From an uncultured Verrucomicrobiae bacterium (lineage in GTDB: Bacteria; Verrucomicrobiota; Verrucomicrobiia; Chthoniobacterales; UBA10450), in contig CAWIBO010000003.1 in the NCBI GenBank assembly GCA_963834385.1, positions 64,001 through 128,000 of the forward strand: 64,000 bases of DNA. Reading direction: 5' to 3'. How positions within the stretch are numbered: the first letter of the stretch is position 1; every line of letters begins with the position of its first letter. A program made the position numbers and the translations under genes. Below, in pieces: positions 27,547-38,472 of the stretch. A model generated the notes under the pieces. It was not told where the DNA came from. It did no database searches and saw only the letters and a program-made list of their open reading frames with translations.

Positions 27547-28440
27547 ATGCACCGGTTCGGACTTGTGGCCTGCGCCCGCTGGGAAAGCGCTCATGTGGCG
27601 GAGTGGCTCGGCTACCACCGGTCGATCGGTTTCGACCACGTCTATCTCTATTGCAATGACGATGACCCGCGGGAAATGGCGGAGGCGGTCCGGCCTTTTG
27701 GCGATGTTCTGACCTTCCGGCACTGGCGCGGCCAGGGCGAGCAGGTGCTGATGTATCACGATTTCCTGCGGCGCGACCGGGCGGAATGCGAATGGATCAT
27801 GTTCCTCGATCTTGATGAGTTTCTTTGTCTGCGCGGCCTGGATGATCTGCCCGCCTTCGTCGACTCGTTCGAGGAGCGGGCCGACGCGCTCTTCTTCAAC
27901 TGGCTGAACTTTGGACCCGGCGCCTTCCGGGAACGCCCGCCGGGAAGTGTCCTCGAGCAGTACACCCGGCGAACCCGCTGGGTTCATCCGTTCACCAAGG
28001 TGCTTCTCCGGAGCCGCGCGGTACCCGAGGCGGAGGCGGGGTTGCGTCGCGGTTTCTGGCATCATTGGGGGGCGGCGGCAGGCCGCAAAATCAACGTGCT
28101 CGGCGACGAGATGTCGCATTACTACGACGATTTCCCGCAGGCGGCGGAGGCGTATCTGGGCCGGCCGGGGGTGCACGAGCGGATCATCGCCACCGCGCAG
28201 GTCTGCCATTTCTTCATGAAGGCCGAGAGCGATGTTCATCGCCGGGTGGCGCGTGGGCTGCGGGGGGATTACGACGACCAGGGGATGTGGCGGGACGAGT
28301 TTGAGAAGGGGAACCTGGGCCGTGTTTTCGCAGAGATGAACGCGGTGGAGGATTTGTTATCTGCGCGATTACTGGCGGCGGCAAAAGAGCGCCGCGGGCC
28401 ATCTTCGCGGTTGACGGGGCGGGCCGGCTGCGCTGGGTGA
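27547..28440 (+). CDS. Glycosyltransferase (GT2/GT92-like); 3' end possibly frameshifted
   Basis: EWLGYHRSIGFDHVYLY.ND, WIMFLDLDEF (DxD), NWLNFG motifs. Confidence 0.75.
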   Translation: MHRFGLVACARWESAHVAEWLGYHRSIGFDHVYLYCNDDDPREMAEAVRPFGDVLTFRHWRGQGEQVLMYHDFLRRDRAECEWIMFLDLDEFLCLRGLDDLPAFVDSFEERADALFFNWLNFGPGAFRERPPGSVLEQYTRRTRWVHPFTKVLLRSRAVPEAEAGLRRGFWHHWGAAAGRKINVLGDEMSHYYDDFPQAAEAYLGRPGVHERIIATAQVCHFFMKAESDVHRRVARGLRGDYDDQGMWRDEFEKGNLGRVFAEMNAVEDLLSARLLAAAKERRGPSSRLTGRAGCAG

Positions 28441-28447
28441 CGGAAGC

Positions 28448-29203
28448 ATGAACGATCCATTGAACTTCGAGGGGAAAACAGTGCTGGTGACCGGGAGTTC
28501 GCGCGGCCTGGGGGCGGCCATGATCCGGGCTTTCGGGGAACGCGGGGCGCGGGGGGTGGTGAATTACATCAGCGACCCGGAAGGGAAGAACAAGGCGGAG
28601 GCGGAAACGGTGGCGCAGGACCTGCGCAATCCGCTCCTGCTCGAGTGCGATGTGACCCAGCCGGAGAAGGTGGAGGCGATGATGCAGCAGATCGCCGAGG
28701 CGTGCGGCGGCCTTGATATTCTGGTGAACAATTCCGGGATCATCCGCGATCGGACGATGAAGAAGATGACCCTGGAGGAATTCGAGAGCGTGGTGCGGGT
28801 CAATCTCGCCGGCACCTTCAACGTGACCAGGGCGGCGGCGGGGATCCTGCGGCAGGGCGGGCGCGTGATCAACCTCTCCTCCGTGAGCGGGCAGATGGGA
28901 CTCTTCGGCCAGGCCAACTATTCCTCAAGCAAGGCGGCGATTATCGCGCTGACGAAAGTCTCGGCGCGCGAGCTGGCGCGGCAGGGGATCACGGTGAATG
29001 CGATTGCGCCCGGGTTTATTGATGTGGGCATGAGCAAGGGCATGCCTGATGAGGTGACGGAAAACTTCAAGAAACAGATCCCGCTGGGCCGGCTCGGTGA
29101 AGCCTCAGAGATCGTGGACGCCGCTCTTTTTCTCGCCTCACCGATGGCCAGCTACATCACCGGCCATGTCTTGAACGTGAACGGCGGCTTTTACATGGGC
29201 TAA
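28448..29203 (+). CDS. FabG-like 3-oxoacyl reductase (SDR)
   Basis: TGSSRGLG, NNSG, GQANYSSSK, NAIAPG motifs. Confidence 0.9.
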   Translation: MNDPLNFEGKTVLVTGSSRGLGAAMIRAFGERGARGVVNYISDPEGKNKAEAETVAQDLRNPLLLECDVTQPEKVEAMMQQIAEACGGLDILVNNSGIIRDRTMKKMTLEEFESVVRVNLAGTFNVTRAAAGILRQGGRVINLSSVSGQMGLFGQANYSSSKAAIIALTKVSARELARQGITVNAIAPGFIDVGMSKGMPDEVTENFKKQIPLGRLGEASEIVDAALFLASPMASYITGHVLNVNGGFYMG

Positions 29204-29245
29204 AGGCCCGCCCCCGCTTCTCGCGCGGGGAAGAAGCAGAAAGGC

Positions 29246-30151
29246 TCAGGGCGGATCGTTCGGATTCTTTTGCTTTTTCTTTCCGCGCGGCGAGGGGCCC
29301 GTCGCGGCACCGCTCTGCCCTGGCGCGTTCTGGTTGGGTTGCCCCGAAGCCGCCCCGGGACGCGGCCGGCCGGGGACAACCGGCCCCGGCCCGCCGCCAA
29401 CCGACCCGAACCCACCAAAAGTCGGAGTAAACCCGCCGGCCGTGCCGCCCACGGGACGTCCCTGATAAACCGGCCCCCCGGCAGCGCCGCCGCTTTGCTC
29501 ATCAATTGTCTGGGCAATGAGATCCTGGCTGGGCAGGGGCGCGAAGCCGACAATCAGCGGATGGGTGCGCATCACCTTTGCCACATCGATCTTTTGCACG
29601 GCAGGAAGGCGGGTGGCACCCGCGGGAACGTCCAGCATCTCGCCGCCTCGGACGGTGGCCGACTGGCGGGGATTCTTGCGCAGGGTCAGTTTGGACGTGC
29701 CCTCGAGCATCAGGAGCCGGCTGCGGCCGTTCCGCGGGCTTTCCAGGATAAGCGTGGTGCCGGTGACCCCGACGGTGACCGCGGGGGTGCGAATACTGGC
29801 GCCGCCGACGCCTTTCGGCACACGCAGGAGCATGGCCCCGCCGCCGAGGTCGGTGATGCGTCCGGCGGATTTGAAACTGAAGATCGAGTTCTCGCCCAGG
29901 CGGGTGATCGTGAAATCGGGGAAGGTCAGCTCCGACTTGGAGCGCGAACCGGTGCGCAGGGCGTTGGCTTCCGTGACCTGGTCGTTGACCGTGGCCGCCC
30001 GGCGGGAGGCGTCGCCTTCGAGGAGGTTGACCTCGCGGATGACGCGGGTGACGCGCGCTTCCTTTTTCGAGGCGGCGCTGTTCTCCCCGTGGGGGAGGAC
30101 AACGGCGGCCAGGACGAGGCCGGACGCCAGCAGGCGGGGCGCGCGTTTCAC
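29246..30151 (-). CDS. FecR-domain secreted protein with low-complexity tail
   Basis: Signal peptide; LRTGSRS.SELTF.D..TRLGENS, IRTP..TVGVTGT motifs. Confidence 0.75.
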   Translation of the reverse strand: MKRAPRLLASGLVLAAVVLPHGENSAASKKEARVTRVIREVNLLEGDASRRAATVNDQVTEANALRTGSRSKSELTFPDFTITRLGENSIFSFKSAGRITDLGGGAMLLRVPKGVGGASIRTPAVTVGVTGTTLILESPRNGRSRLLMLEGTSKLTLRKNPRQSATVRGGEMLDVPAGATRLPAVQKIDVAKVMRTHPLIVGFAPLPSQDLIAQTIDEQSGGAAGGPVYQGRPVGGTAGGFTPTFGGFGSVGGGPGPVVPGRPRPGAASGQPNQNAPGQSGAATGPSPRGKKKQKNPNDPP

Positions 30152-30195
30152 GGCGCGAGATTCTCAAATCGAAAGGCCGGCGTCGAGCCGGAAAT

Positions 30196-30663
30196 TCAGG
30201 CCTTGCGCCGGGGTGGCGGCACCGCGAGCGCGCGGTAGGCGATCGAGAAAAAGAGGCAGAACATGAAATGCGCCAGGAAAGTGTGCAGCTCGTTTCCCCC
30301 GAGGCCGGCGCCCATCGCGAAGATGAGATAGTTCACTCCGTAAAGGGGAAGGGTCAGGGCTGTGCCGAGCAGGATGCCGCCGCTGGTCGGCAGGCGATAA
30401 ATGGCGAGGGCAATGATCCAGGCGTAAACGAACGCGACCATGAAATGGCCGATCAGGTCGACCACCATGTTTTTGGTCAGGACCCGGCCCATGACGTTGG
30501 TGAAGGCTTCCGTCGACATCCAGGGACCACCGGTGGGGACTACGAAGACGAGGACGGCGGCAATGGCGGCGGCGCGGAGGAGGGCCCCCACCCGCAGGCG
30601 GCGGCGCGCCCGGGCTTCCTGTTCCTCGAACGACTCGAGCTTGGCGGGATCTTCCAGCTTCAC
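30196..30663 (-). CDS. Hypothetical 4-TM membrane protein
   Basis: Four hydrophobic segments, coding-like composition. Confidence 0.7.
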   Translation of the reverse strand: MKLEDPAKLESFEEQEARARRRLRVGALLRAAAIAAVLVFVVPTGGPWMSTEAFTNVMGRVLTKNMVVDLIGHFMVAFVYAWIIALAIYRLPTSGGILLGTALTLPLYGVNYLIFAMGAGLGGNELHTFLAHFMFCLFFSIAYRALAVPPPRRKA

Positions 30664-30749
30664 ACGGGAGATTTCGCAGCCGCGCTTCCCGGCGGTCGGC
30701 AGGAAATCGCGCCGGGATTGGAAGATTGCGGGGGCGAACCGGCCGCGCG

Positions 30750-31796
30750 CTATTTCAGCGAGGCCATGTCGATGACAAAGCGATATTTCACGTCGCTCTT
30801 GATCATGCGCTCGTAGGCCTCATTGACCTTGTCGATCGGGATCATCTCAATCTCGCTGGTGATCCCCTTCTCGGCGCAGAAATCGAGCATCTCCTGCGTC
30901 TCCGGGATGCCGCCGATGAGCGATCCGGAGAGGGTGCGCCGGCGCCAGATGAGCGGAAAGGCGGCCACCGGGATCGGCTCGGGCGGAACGCCCACCAGGG
31001 TGAGCTTTCCATCCCGCTTCAGGAGCTCGAGGTAAAGGTTGATGTCGTGTTTGGCCGAGACGGTATCGATGATGAAATCGAAGGTGCCGTTGTGCTTTTT
31101 CACCGCTTCCTCGTCCTTGGAGACGACCACTTCATTGGCACCGAGTTTCTTGGCATCAGCGGTCTTACCCGGCGACGTGGTGAAGAGGACAACTTCCGCG
31201 CCGAAAGCGTGCGCGAACTTCAGGGCCATGTGGCCGAGACCGCCGAGACCCACCACGCCGACCTTTTGGCCGGCCTGCACTTTCCAGTGGCGCATGGGCG
31301 AATAGGTCGTGATCCCGGCGCAAAGGAGCGGCGCGGTCGCGGCGAGATCGAGCTTGTCGGAAATGCGCAGGACGAAATCCTGGTCCACTACGATCCGCTG
31401 CGAGTATCCGCCGAAGGTCGGTCCACTGCTGTGCTTGTCCTCGCTGTTGTAGGTGAACACGGTGCTGTCGCAAAATTGTTCGAGGCCCTCCTCGCAGGAG
31501 GGGCATTTCCGGCAGGAATCGACCATGCAGCCGACGCCGGCGAGATCGCCTTCCTTGAATCGTGTCACCTTGCCGCCCACTTTCGTGACGCGCCCGACGA
31601 TTTCGTGCCCGGGCACGCAGGGATACATGGTGCCGCCCCATTCGCCGCGCGCGGTGTGGATGTCGGAATGGCAGACCCCGCAGAAGAGGATCTCGATCTG
31701 GACGTCGTTCGGTTTCGGGTCGCGCCGCTCAAAGGAGAACGGCTGGAGCGGCGAAGTGGCGGACTGGGCGGCGTAGGATTTGGTCGTGGAGGGCAT
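30750..31796 (-). CDS. Zn-dependent NADP alcohol dehydrogenase (YahK/cinnamyl type)
   Basis: CGVCHSD, PGHE, PLLCAGITTY, GLGGLGH, YRFVID motifs. Confidence 0.94.
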   Translation of the reverse strand: MPSTTKSYAAQSATSPLQPFSFERRDPKPNDVQIEILFCGVCHSDIHTARGEWGGTMYPCVPGHEIVGRVTKVGGKVTRFKEGDLAGVGCMVDSCRKCPSCEEGLEQFCDSTVFTYNSEDKHSSGPTFGGYSQRIVVDQDFVLRISDKLDLAATAPLLCAGITTYSPMRHWKVQAGQKVGVVGLGGLGHMALKFAHAFGAEVVLFTTSPGKTADAKKLGANEVVVSKDEEAVKKHNGTFDFIIDTVSAKHDINLYLELLKRDGKLTLVGVPPEPIPVAAFPLIWRRRTLSGSLIGGIPETQEMLDFCAEKGITSEIEMIPIDKVNEAYERMIKSDVKYRFVIDMASLK

Positions 31797-31873
31797 AAGG
31801 AGTGTTCGGTTTCGCTTTCCAAGCGGACGCGTCTGCCAGTTACCACCATCTCGCGCAGCGCGCGAATTCCGTC

Positions 31874-32667
31874 TCAGGGCGAAGGCGCATGGAGGCGGCC
31901 CTCGAGATGGGTCAGCGCGCGTCCGCCCACGGCGATCCGCGCACCGCGGTCCTCGCAGAAGAGTTCGCCGCCCCGGGCGGAGAGCTGTCGGGCACGCAGG
32001 TTCACGCGCCCGAGCCGGGCCGACCAGTAGGGCACTAGGGCGCAGTGGGTCGAGCCGGTCACGGGATCTTCCGGAATGCCCGCCGCCGGGGCAAAATAGC
32101 GGGAGACGAAGTCGCAGTCGTCGCCCGGGTGCGGTCGCGATCAGACCCTGGGCATCGAGCTTTGCCGTCAGCGCCAGGTCGGGCCGAAGCTCGGCAATCT
32201 CGCGCGTGTTGGCGAACACTGCCAGGTAGTCGCGTCCATGGTGAAGTTCGCGCGGGCCGCGCGCCCAATGCGGCCACGACAGCTTCGCTGACCGGCACCG
32301 CTGTTGTGGGCGTGGCGGGAAAATCGAGCACCAGGAGATCGTTTGCGCGGCTTACGGTCAGTTCGCCGCTGCGCGTATGAAACCGGAGAAGCGGTTCCGG
32401 CCGGCCGAGATGGTGGAAAAGCACATGACCGGAGGCGAGGGTGGCGTGTCCGCAGAGATCGACCTCAACGGTTGGCGTCATCCAGCGCAGGTCGAAATGG
32501 CCGCCCCGATCAATCAGGAACGCGGTCTCGGCGAGATTGTTCTCGTGAGCAATTGCCTGCATGACGGCGTCCGGGAGCCAGGCGCCGTCGAGCAGACAGA
32601 CGCCCGCGGGGTTGCCGGTGAACGGCCGGTCGGTGAAGGCAGCGACCTCGTAATAAGGTATGAGCAT
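31874..32667 (-). CDS. PhzF family epimerase-like protein (two frameshifts)
   Basis: AFT..FTGNPAGV, ETAF, EVDLCGHATLA, and EDPVTGS..C spread over three frames. Confidence 0.85.
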
Positions 32668-32759
32668 GGCGTTGCTCACTGGAGCAGTCGCACCGGGGAA
32701 GGGTCAAGCCGCCGCGGTTTTCCTCTTGTCAGCGGCGGCGGGTGACTTATGACTTCGGG

Positions 32760-32990
32760 ATGGACGAGAAACTTTCGCCGGCGCCGGGGCGGCGCACCTT
32801 TTCCGCCGAGGCGGTCATCGGCTGGGGCATCACCATGGCATCGACCGGGATCCTTTTTCTGCTCCTGGGCTGGGCACAATCAATGCGCCAGGTGCCGGAT
32901 GCGGCGCTTGTCCTGGCCATCATTGGCGCGGTCTTCTTTGTGGTGGGCCTGATCATCACGCTGGCGGGGCGGAGTCGGGGACGACGCTAG
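32760..32990 (+). CDS. Small 2-TM hypothetical protein
   Basis: Two hydrophobic helices, basic C-terminus. Confidence 0.6.
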   Translation: MDEKLSPAPGRRTFSAEAVIGWGITMASTGILFLLLGWAQSMRQVPDAALVLAIIGAVFFVVGLIITLAGRSRGRR

Positions 32991-33076
32991 GCGTTCCCCC
33001 GACGCCTTCTTCTCTTCCTTTCTTTTTTTCTTGTCCGTTGGCCCGGTCCCGCCGCAGGCTGGTGGCGGAGGACCTT

Positions 33077-33799
33077 ATGAAATCAATACTTCGCGCCCTG
33101 ACCTGTTTGCTCTTTCTCAGCTTCGCCTGCCTGGTGCCGGCGGCTCCGCCCGTGACCGCGGCGGATGTCGGTGATACAGGATCGTTCGGCCGCGCCTCAA
33201 AATACATGGGCGTGGCCAGCGGGTTTGTTCGACTGCTGAATGATTGCACGGTGGCGCCCGGTTCGCCGCCGGACGACGTCTGCATCGATATCACCCCCGC
33301 CCCGGGGTCGACTGCAATCAACGCGACGAATATCTGCCGGGTCCGGCTGCCGAAGAAGGCGACGAAGTCGATCGTCTACCCGATCATCACGATCTTTCAT
33401 ACCTATCAACTCCGGAACGATACCGGCGTCGATCAGCCTAACGCCCTCTTCAATTACTTTGTGGCCATGACGATCGAGAGCGACGCGCTACTTGATCCTT
33501 CCTACATCGATCCGTCACTGGAACGCCCGGAACGGGACGGTATACCGTCGATTTTTGGTCGGTATCGCGACGATCGCACCTGGCGGATCAATGAACGGAG
33601 CCGGCAGCAGCAGAATTATACCCGGTCCGGAAACGCAGGCATCAACAAGGAGTCGCTGATCGCCCAGGGAATTCCGGTCGCGGTGGTGAATGCGCTGTTT
33701 CGACGGCCCGATGGTGATCAGTCTCGATGTGAGCGGCAGCGCGCCCGCTTTCTCACGGACGGCAGTATCACGGGCAACCTGCGGCTCTTCGGGGATTAG
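33077..33799 (+). CDS. Hypothetical secreted protein (may contain local frameshifts)
   Basis: GGAGG RBS, ATG, signal peptide MKSILRALTCLLFLSFA. Confidence 0.65.
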   Translation: MKSILRALTCLLFLSFACLVPAAPPVTAADVGDTGSFGRASKYMGVASGFVRLLNDCTVAPGSPPDDVCIDITPAPGSTAINATNICRVRLPKKATKSIVYPIITIFHTYQLRNDTGVDQPNALFNYFVAMTIESDALLDPSYIDPSLERPERDGIPSIFGRYRDDRTWRINERSRQQQNYTRSGNAGINKESLIAQGIPVAVVNALFRRPDGDQSRCERQRARFLTDGSITGNLRLFGD

Positions 33800-33905
33800 A
33801 GGCACGGCCACCTGCTGAAGTTTTCGCGGGGACGGCGGCTGTTTACCCACGGCTCCCGCCGGCGATGCTGTTTGACCCCGACCCGTGGAACCGGTAAATA
33901 GGACC

Positions 33906-36304
33906 GTGTTCCGTCCCTCGCTCCCCGCGGCGATCGTGCTGGTCGCGTTCCATCCTCTTCTGGCCCAGCAACCTGAAGAGCCGCCACGGCAGGCGCAAAA
34001 AACAGCGCCCAGCTTGCTCCTGCGGAGGGATCCACCGCGTCGGGCATGACCCGTCCCACGGCTACGCCCGTGCCCGGTCGGCCTCCCGGAATGGCGGGGA
34101 ACCAGGACACGGTCACGCTGCAGTATCCGAACAGCGATGTGCAGGACGTGCTCCACCTTTACGGCCAGCTCACCGGGAAGAACCTCGTCATGGACAATTT
34201 CGTCCAGGGCAAGGTGAACATTTTCATCAGCAAACCGGTGCCAAAGGACGAGGCCATCCGGATCATCGAGATGAACCTGCTCATGAATGGCTATTCGCTC
34301 GTGCCGGCCGAGGGCGACATCGTCAAGGTCATCGGCACCGGCAAGAACCCGCGCACCGCCGGCGTGCCCATCATTTCCGAGGAATCGGAGATCCCGGCGG
34401 GGGACAAGGTGATCAGTTATCTCTTCAAGCTGCGTTATGCCGATCCGCAGGAACTGCAACAGGTGCTCGGGCAGTATCTTTCGCCGCCGCAGCCCTACAC
34501 CTCGCTCCTCGCCCTGCCGAAGTCGTCGGCGGTCCTGGTCACGGAAAACTCCAGCGTGGTCCGCCGGCTGGCCAACATCATCAACCAGGTCGACATCCCG
34601 CCCGCGGAAGTCGTGAGCGAGTTCATCCGGCTCGACCGGGCGGACGCGGCCAAGGTGGTGGAGTTGCTCGAGAGCATCTTTGAACAGCAGGGCCAGCCCG
34701 GCACGACGAGCGCGCCCGGCACCCGCGGCGTGCGTCAGGTGGCCGCCGGGCCCCAGCAGCCGGTGCCGCCCGAGGCGGAAGTGGTCGGCCCGGGATTCAC
34801 CGCGCTCTCCGAGGATTCGGTGGTCGTCGGCAAGATCAAGATCGCGGCCGATGTGCGGACAAACCGGATTCACGTCATCACGCGGCCGATCAACATGCCG
34901 TTTGTGCGCAAGCTGATTTCCGAGCTGGACGCGAATGTGGAGTTCGCCAAACCGGTCACGCGTTCGCTGCGCTACATCTCGGCGGGGGATGTTCTCCCGG
35001 TGCTGGTGCAGGCGCTGACCGAGCCGGGACAGGACCAGCAGCAGGGCGCTGCGCCGGCGCCGGGCGGTCAGCCGGGGCAGAATCAGCAGCAATTACGGAA
35101 TACGGCTTCCACGGCCGGCAACCTCGGTGGAACCAGCAGCCTCGGTGGCCAGGGCGGCGGCATTGACGTCTCCGAGGAACTCTCCACGCAGCCCGTCGAC
35201 ACCGCGCCGCAGGCGGTCACGGTGGGCAACACCAAGATCATCGCCGACCAGCGCTCCAACTCCATCATCGTCCTGGGCAACCGCGAGGTGGTTGTGAAAG
35301 TGGAGAAGATTCTCGACGAGATGGACGTGAAGGCGCCGCAGGTGGCGCTGAGCACCGTCATCGGCGAACTGACCCTCGATGCGGGCGAGGAATTTGGGGT
35401 CGACTGGTTCCTGAAATACAAAAACAAGGTCGCCGGCGTGTCACGGAACACGGATGCGCCCCTGCCTTTCCCCTCCGTGGCCCCCAGCGCTTCACCCGGC
35501 ACCTCCGGCGGCATCCTCGACCCGGGCGGATTGGTGAACTTCGGTTCCATCCTGCAGGCGGCCTCCGCCGCCGGCGGCACCAGCGTTTATGTGGCCGCGG
35601 GCAACTATCTCTCCGCCGTGGTGCGCGCGATGGAATCCACCGGGCGGTTCAAGGTTCTTTCGCGCCCCATGGTTTTCACGAGTAACAACAAGAAGGCCAT
35701 CATCGCCTCCGGACGCGAGATCCCGGTCCCGGTGAATACGCTCTCCAACGCCGTGAACGTCAGCGGCATCGCGCAGTCGACCAACATCCAATACAAGCGC
35801 GTCGCCCTGCAGCTTGAAGTTGTTCCCCTGATCAATTCGGAGAAGGAGGTTTCGCTCGATATCCTGCAGAAGGTCGACAACATCGCCGGAAGCACGATCA
35901 TCGACGGTAACGCCATCCCGAACGTGGCCACGCGTTACATCCGAACCCATGTTTCCGCGCCAAACAATTGCACCATCGTCCTTGGCGGTTTGGTCATCGA
36001 TTCGACCGATAAGAATTACAGCGGCATCCCGGTTCTGAGCCGGATTCCGCTCATCGGGTCCCTCTTCCGGACCAACACGAAGACGAAATCGCGGCAGGAA
36101 TTGATCGTGATGATGCGCCCGGAAGTGACCATGACCAAGCTTGACCAGCATCTGCTCAAGCAGAAGGCCACGGAGAAGACGCACTTTGGACCGGAACTCG
36201 ATGAGACCGACTGCCCCGATTGCACGGAGGAGGAACGGGAGCAGATGCGCCAGGACAAGCTGATCATGGAACCCGATCTGCCGCCGTTGACGGACGCCCG
36301 ATGA
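33906..36304 (+). CDS. gspD: Type II secretion secretin GspD-like (signal peptide in a shifted frame)
   Basis: N0 and N domains (LRYAD, ADVRTN), C-terminal secretin IVLGG..GIPVLSRIPLIGSLFR..ELIV. Confidence 0.85.
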
Positions 36305-36717
36305 ATCTCTCCCCTTTCTCCTGCGCGCGCACCGGCCTGGCTGGACTGGCCCTCGTGCTTCTCGCGGCTTCCGCCGAGGCTGGGTTTCCTTTCCAATCGG
36401 CCGATCCGCTGGCGCAACGCGATGAATGGGGCCTGCTCCACCAGACCCGCGACCTGAACGAGGTCGATTATCTGCCACGCCGGTATCAGCCGCGTTTCAT
36501 CTACAACCTGACGGGGCGCAATTCGCTCACCCGTAATCGCGCCTACGTCGGCGCACTCCAGGATGCGCTCCGTCGCCGGGGCCTTTATTGCGGCCCGATC
36601 GACGGCCTCTTTTCCCAGGAGGTCAGCGACGCCATCGCCCGGTTCCAGAAAAACTCCTCGATGCGCGTAACCGGCAGCCTGACCGTGCCGGTGCGGCGCG
36701 CGCTTTACCTGCCGTGA
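36301..36717 (+). CDS. Secreted peptidoglycan-binding-domain protein
   Basis: LQDALRRRGLY.GPIDG...AIARFQ..LRVTG-like PG_binding_1 pattern. Confidence 0.8.
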   Translation: MNLSPFSCARTGLAGLALVLLAASAEAGFPFQSADPLAQRDEWGLLHQTRDLNEVDYLPRRYQPRFIYNLTGRNSLTRNRAYVGALQDALRRRGLYCGPIDGLFSQEVSDAIARFQKNSSMRVTGSLTVPVRRALYLP

Positions 36718-38462
36718 GCGGCACGCCCAGCCAGTCGCTCATCAAGCTTCTCCTGGAGAGCGGCGTCTCTTCGCAGGAGGAAGCGACGGAGCTGGCCCGC
36801 AATCTCAACGGCGGCTCCTGGACTTCGCAGGTGCTCGACTCCGGCAAGGTCGACGAACAGCGTTTCCTGCAGGCCATCGGCGCTTATTTCCGCGTGCCGG
36901 TCCTGGCCATTGACGCCAAGAAGATTGATCGCCAGACGCTTTCCATCCTGCCGAGCCGATTCGTCTTTCAGCACCACATTCTTCCCCTCGAGGTCAGGGA
37001 AAACGCCGTGGTCCTCGCCACCTACGACCTGTTTAACTCCGTCGCGCGCCAGCTCGCCTCGCAGCTTTTGAAAAAGCCGGCGGAATGGGTCCTCGTCCCC
37101 CGGGCGCAGATCCTGCGCGCGATGAAAACGCTTTACGGCGTCGGGGCCGAGACTTTCGACGAGATTCTCAAGACCAACCGCTCGTTCGAGGCCGACCAGG
37201 ATATCGAATTAAGCACCGATCTGAATGCCGACGATCCCGAGGCTTCGGTGGTCAAGTTCGTCAACCAGATCATCCGGGAGGCCATCGTGGAGCGGGCCAC
37301 GGATATCCACGTCGAGCCGCTGGAAGGGGACCTGCGGATTCGTTATCGCATTGACGGCATCCTGCACGAGGTGGCGGTGCCGCCGCAGCTTCGGCTGCTC
37401 CAGGCCGCCATCATCTCCCGCCTCAAGGTCATGGCGCACATGGACATCGCCGAGCGTCGCCTCCCGCAGGATGGCCGGATCAACCTGCAATCCAGCGGCC
37501 AGAACATCGACGTGCGCGTTTCCACCATTCCCACGGTCAACGGCGAATCGATCAGCCTCCGTCTCCTCAGCCGCGATCAGCAGCAGGAACAGTTCGGTTT
37601 TGAACGGCTCGACCTCAGCAAAAAACACGCGCGCATCGTCCAGTCGCTCCTGTCGCAGCCCAACGGGATCGTTCTGGTCACCGGCCCGACCGGGTCCGGC
37701 AAATCGACCTCGCTCTATTGTTTCCTCAGCAGCATCAATTCGGTGCAGCGTCGCATCATCACGATCGAGGAACCGGTCGAATACCGGCTTCCCGGCGTCT
37801 CCCAGATCGACGTCAAACCGGAGATCGATCTCACCTTTGCCAAGGGCCTGCGGCATATCCTTCGCCAGGATCCGAACGTCATCATGGTGGGCGAGATTCG
37901 TGATTTCGAGACGGCCGAGATCGCCATCCGCGCGGCCATGACCGGTCACCTTGTCTTCAGCACCCTGCACACCAACGATGCCGTCGGTGGCATCACCCGT
38001 CTGCTCGACATGGGGGTGGAACAGTTCCTTCTCGCCTCGACCGTGCGCGCTTTCCTGGCCCAGCGGCTCGTGCGCACCATCTGTCCCGATTGCGCCGAGA
38101 AAGTGGAGTATCCGCGCGATTACCTCGCCGAGATCGGGTTTCCCCTGGCCGAAATGGGGACGGTTTTTCAGCGCGGCGCCGGCTGCGACAACTGCCGGCA
38201 GACCGGTTACCAGGGACGCCTGGCCATTTTTGAGATCTGCGTCATCAACGACGCCATGCGACGGATGATCGTGGAAAAACGGGATGGCAGCGAGCTGAAG
38301 CAATGCGCCATCGCCCAGGGAATGGAAACCCTCCGGCAGGATGGATGGCGGCATGTCGCCGGCGGCCGCACCACCATCGAGGAAGTGGTCCGGGTGACGC
38401 AGAATGATGAGTTGATGACCGAGACCACGGAGACGGCCGAGCCCGCCATTTCCGAGCGGTAA
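36714..38462 (+). CDS. GspE/PilB family secretion ATPase
   Basis: ATDIHVEP, RLPQDGR, GPTGSGKS, LRQDPNVIMVGEIRD, tetra-Cys motif. Confidence 0.94.
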   Translation: MSGTPSQSLIKLLLESGVSSQEEATELARNLNGGSWTSQVLDSGKVDEQRFLQAIGAYFRVPVLAIDAKKIDRQTLSILPSRFVFQHHILPLEVRENAVVLATYDLFNSVARQLASQLLKKPAEWVLVPRAQILRAMKTLYGVGAETFDEILKTNRSFEADQDIELSTDLNADDPEASVVKFVNQIIREAIVERATDIHVEPLEGDLRIRYRIDGILHEVAVPPQLRLLQAAIISRLKVMAHMDIAERRLPQDGRINLQSSGQNIDVRVSTIPTVNGESISLRLLSRDQQQEQFGFERLDLSKKHARIVQSLLSQPNGIVLVTGPTGSGKSTSLYCFLSSINSVQRRIITIEEPVEYRLPGVSQIDVKPEIDLTFAKGLRHILRQDPNVIMVGEIRDFETAEIAIRAAMTGHLVFSTLHTNDAVGGITRLLDMGVEQFLLASTVRAFLAQRLVRTICPDCAEKVEYPRDYLAEIGFPLAEMGTVFQRGAGCDNCRQTGYQGRLAIFEICVINDAMRRMIVEKRDGSELKQCAIAQGMETLRQDGWRHVAGGRTTIEEVVRVTQNDELMTETTETAEPAISER

Positions 38463-38472
38463 CGAATCCTTC

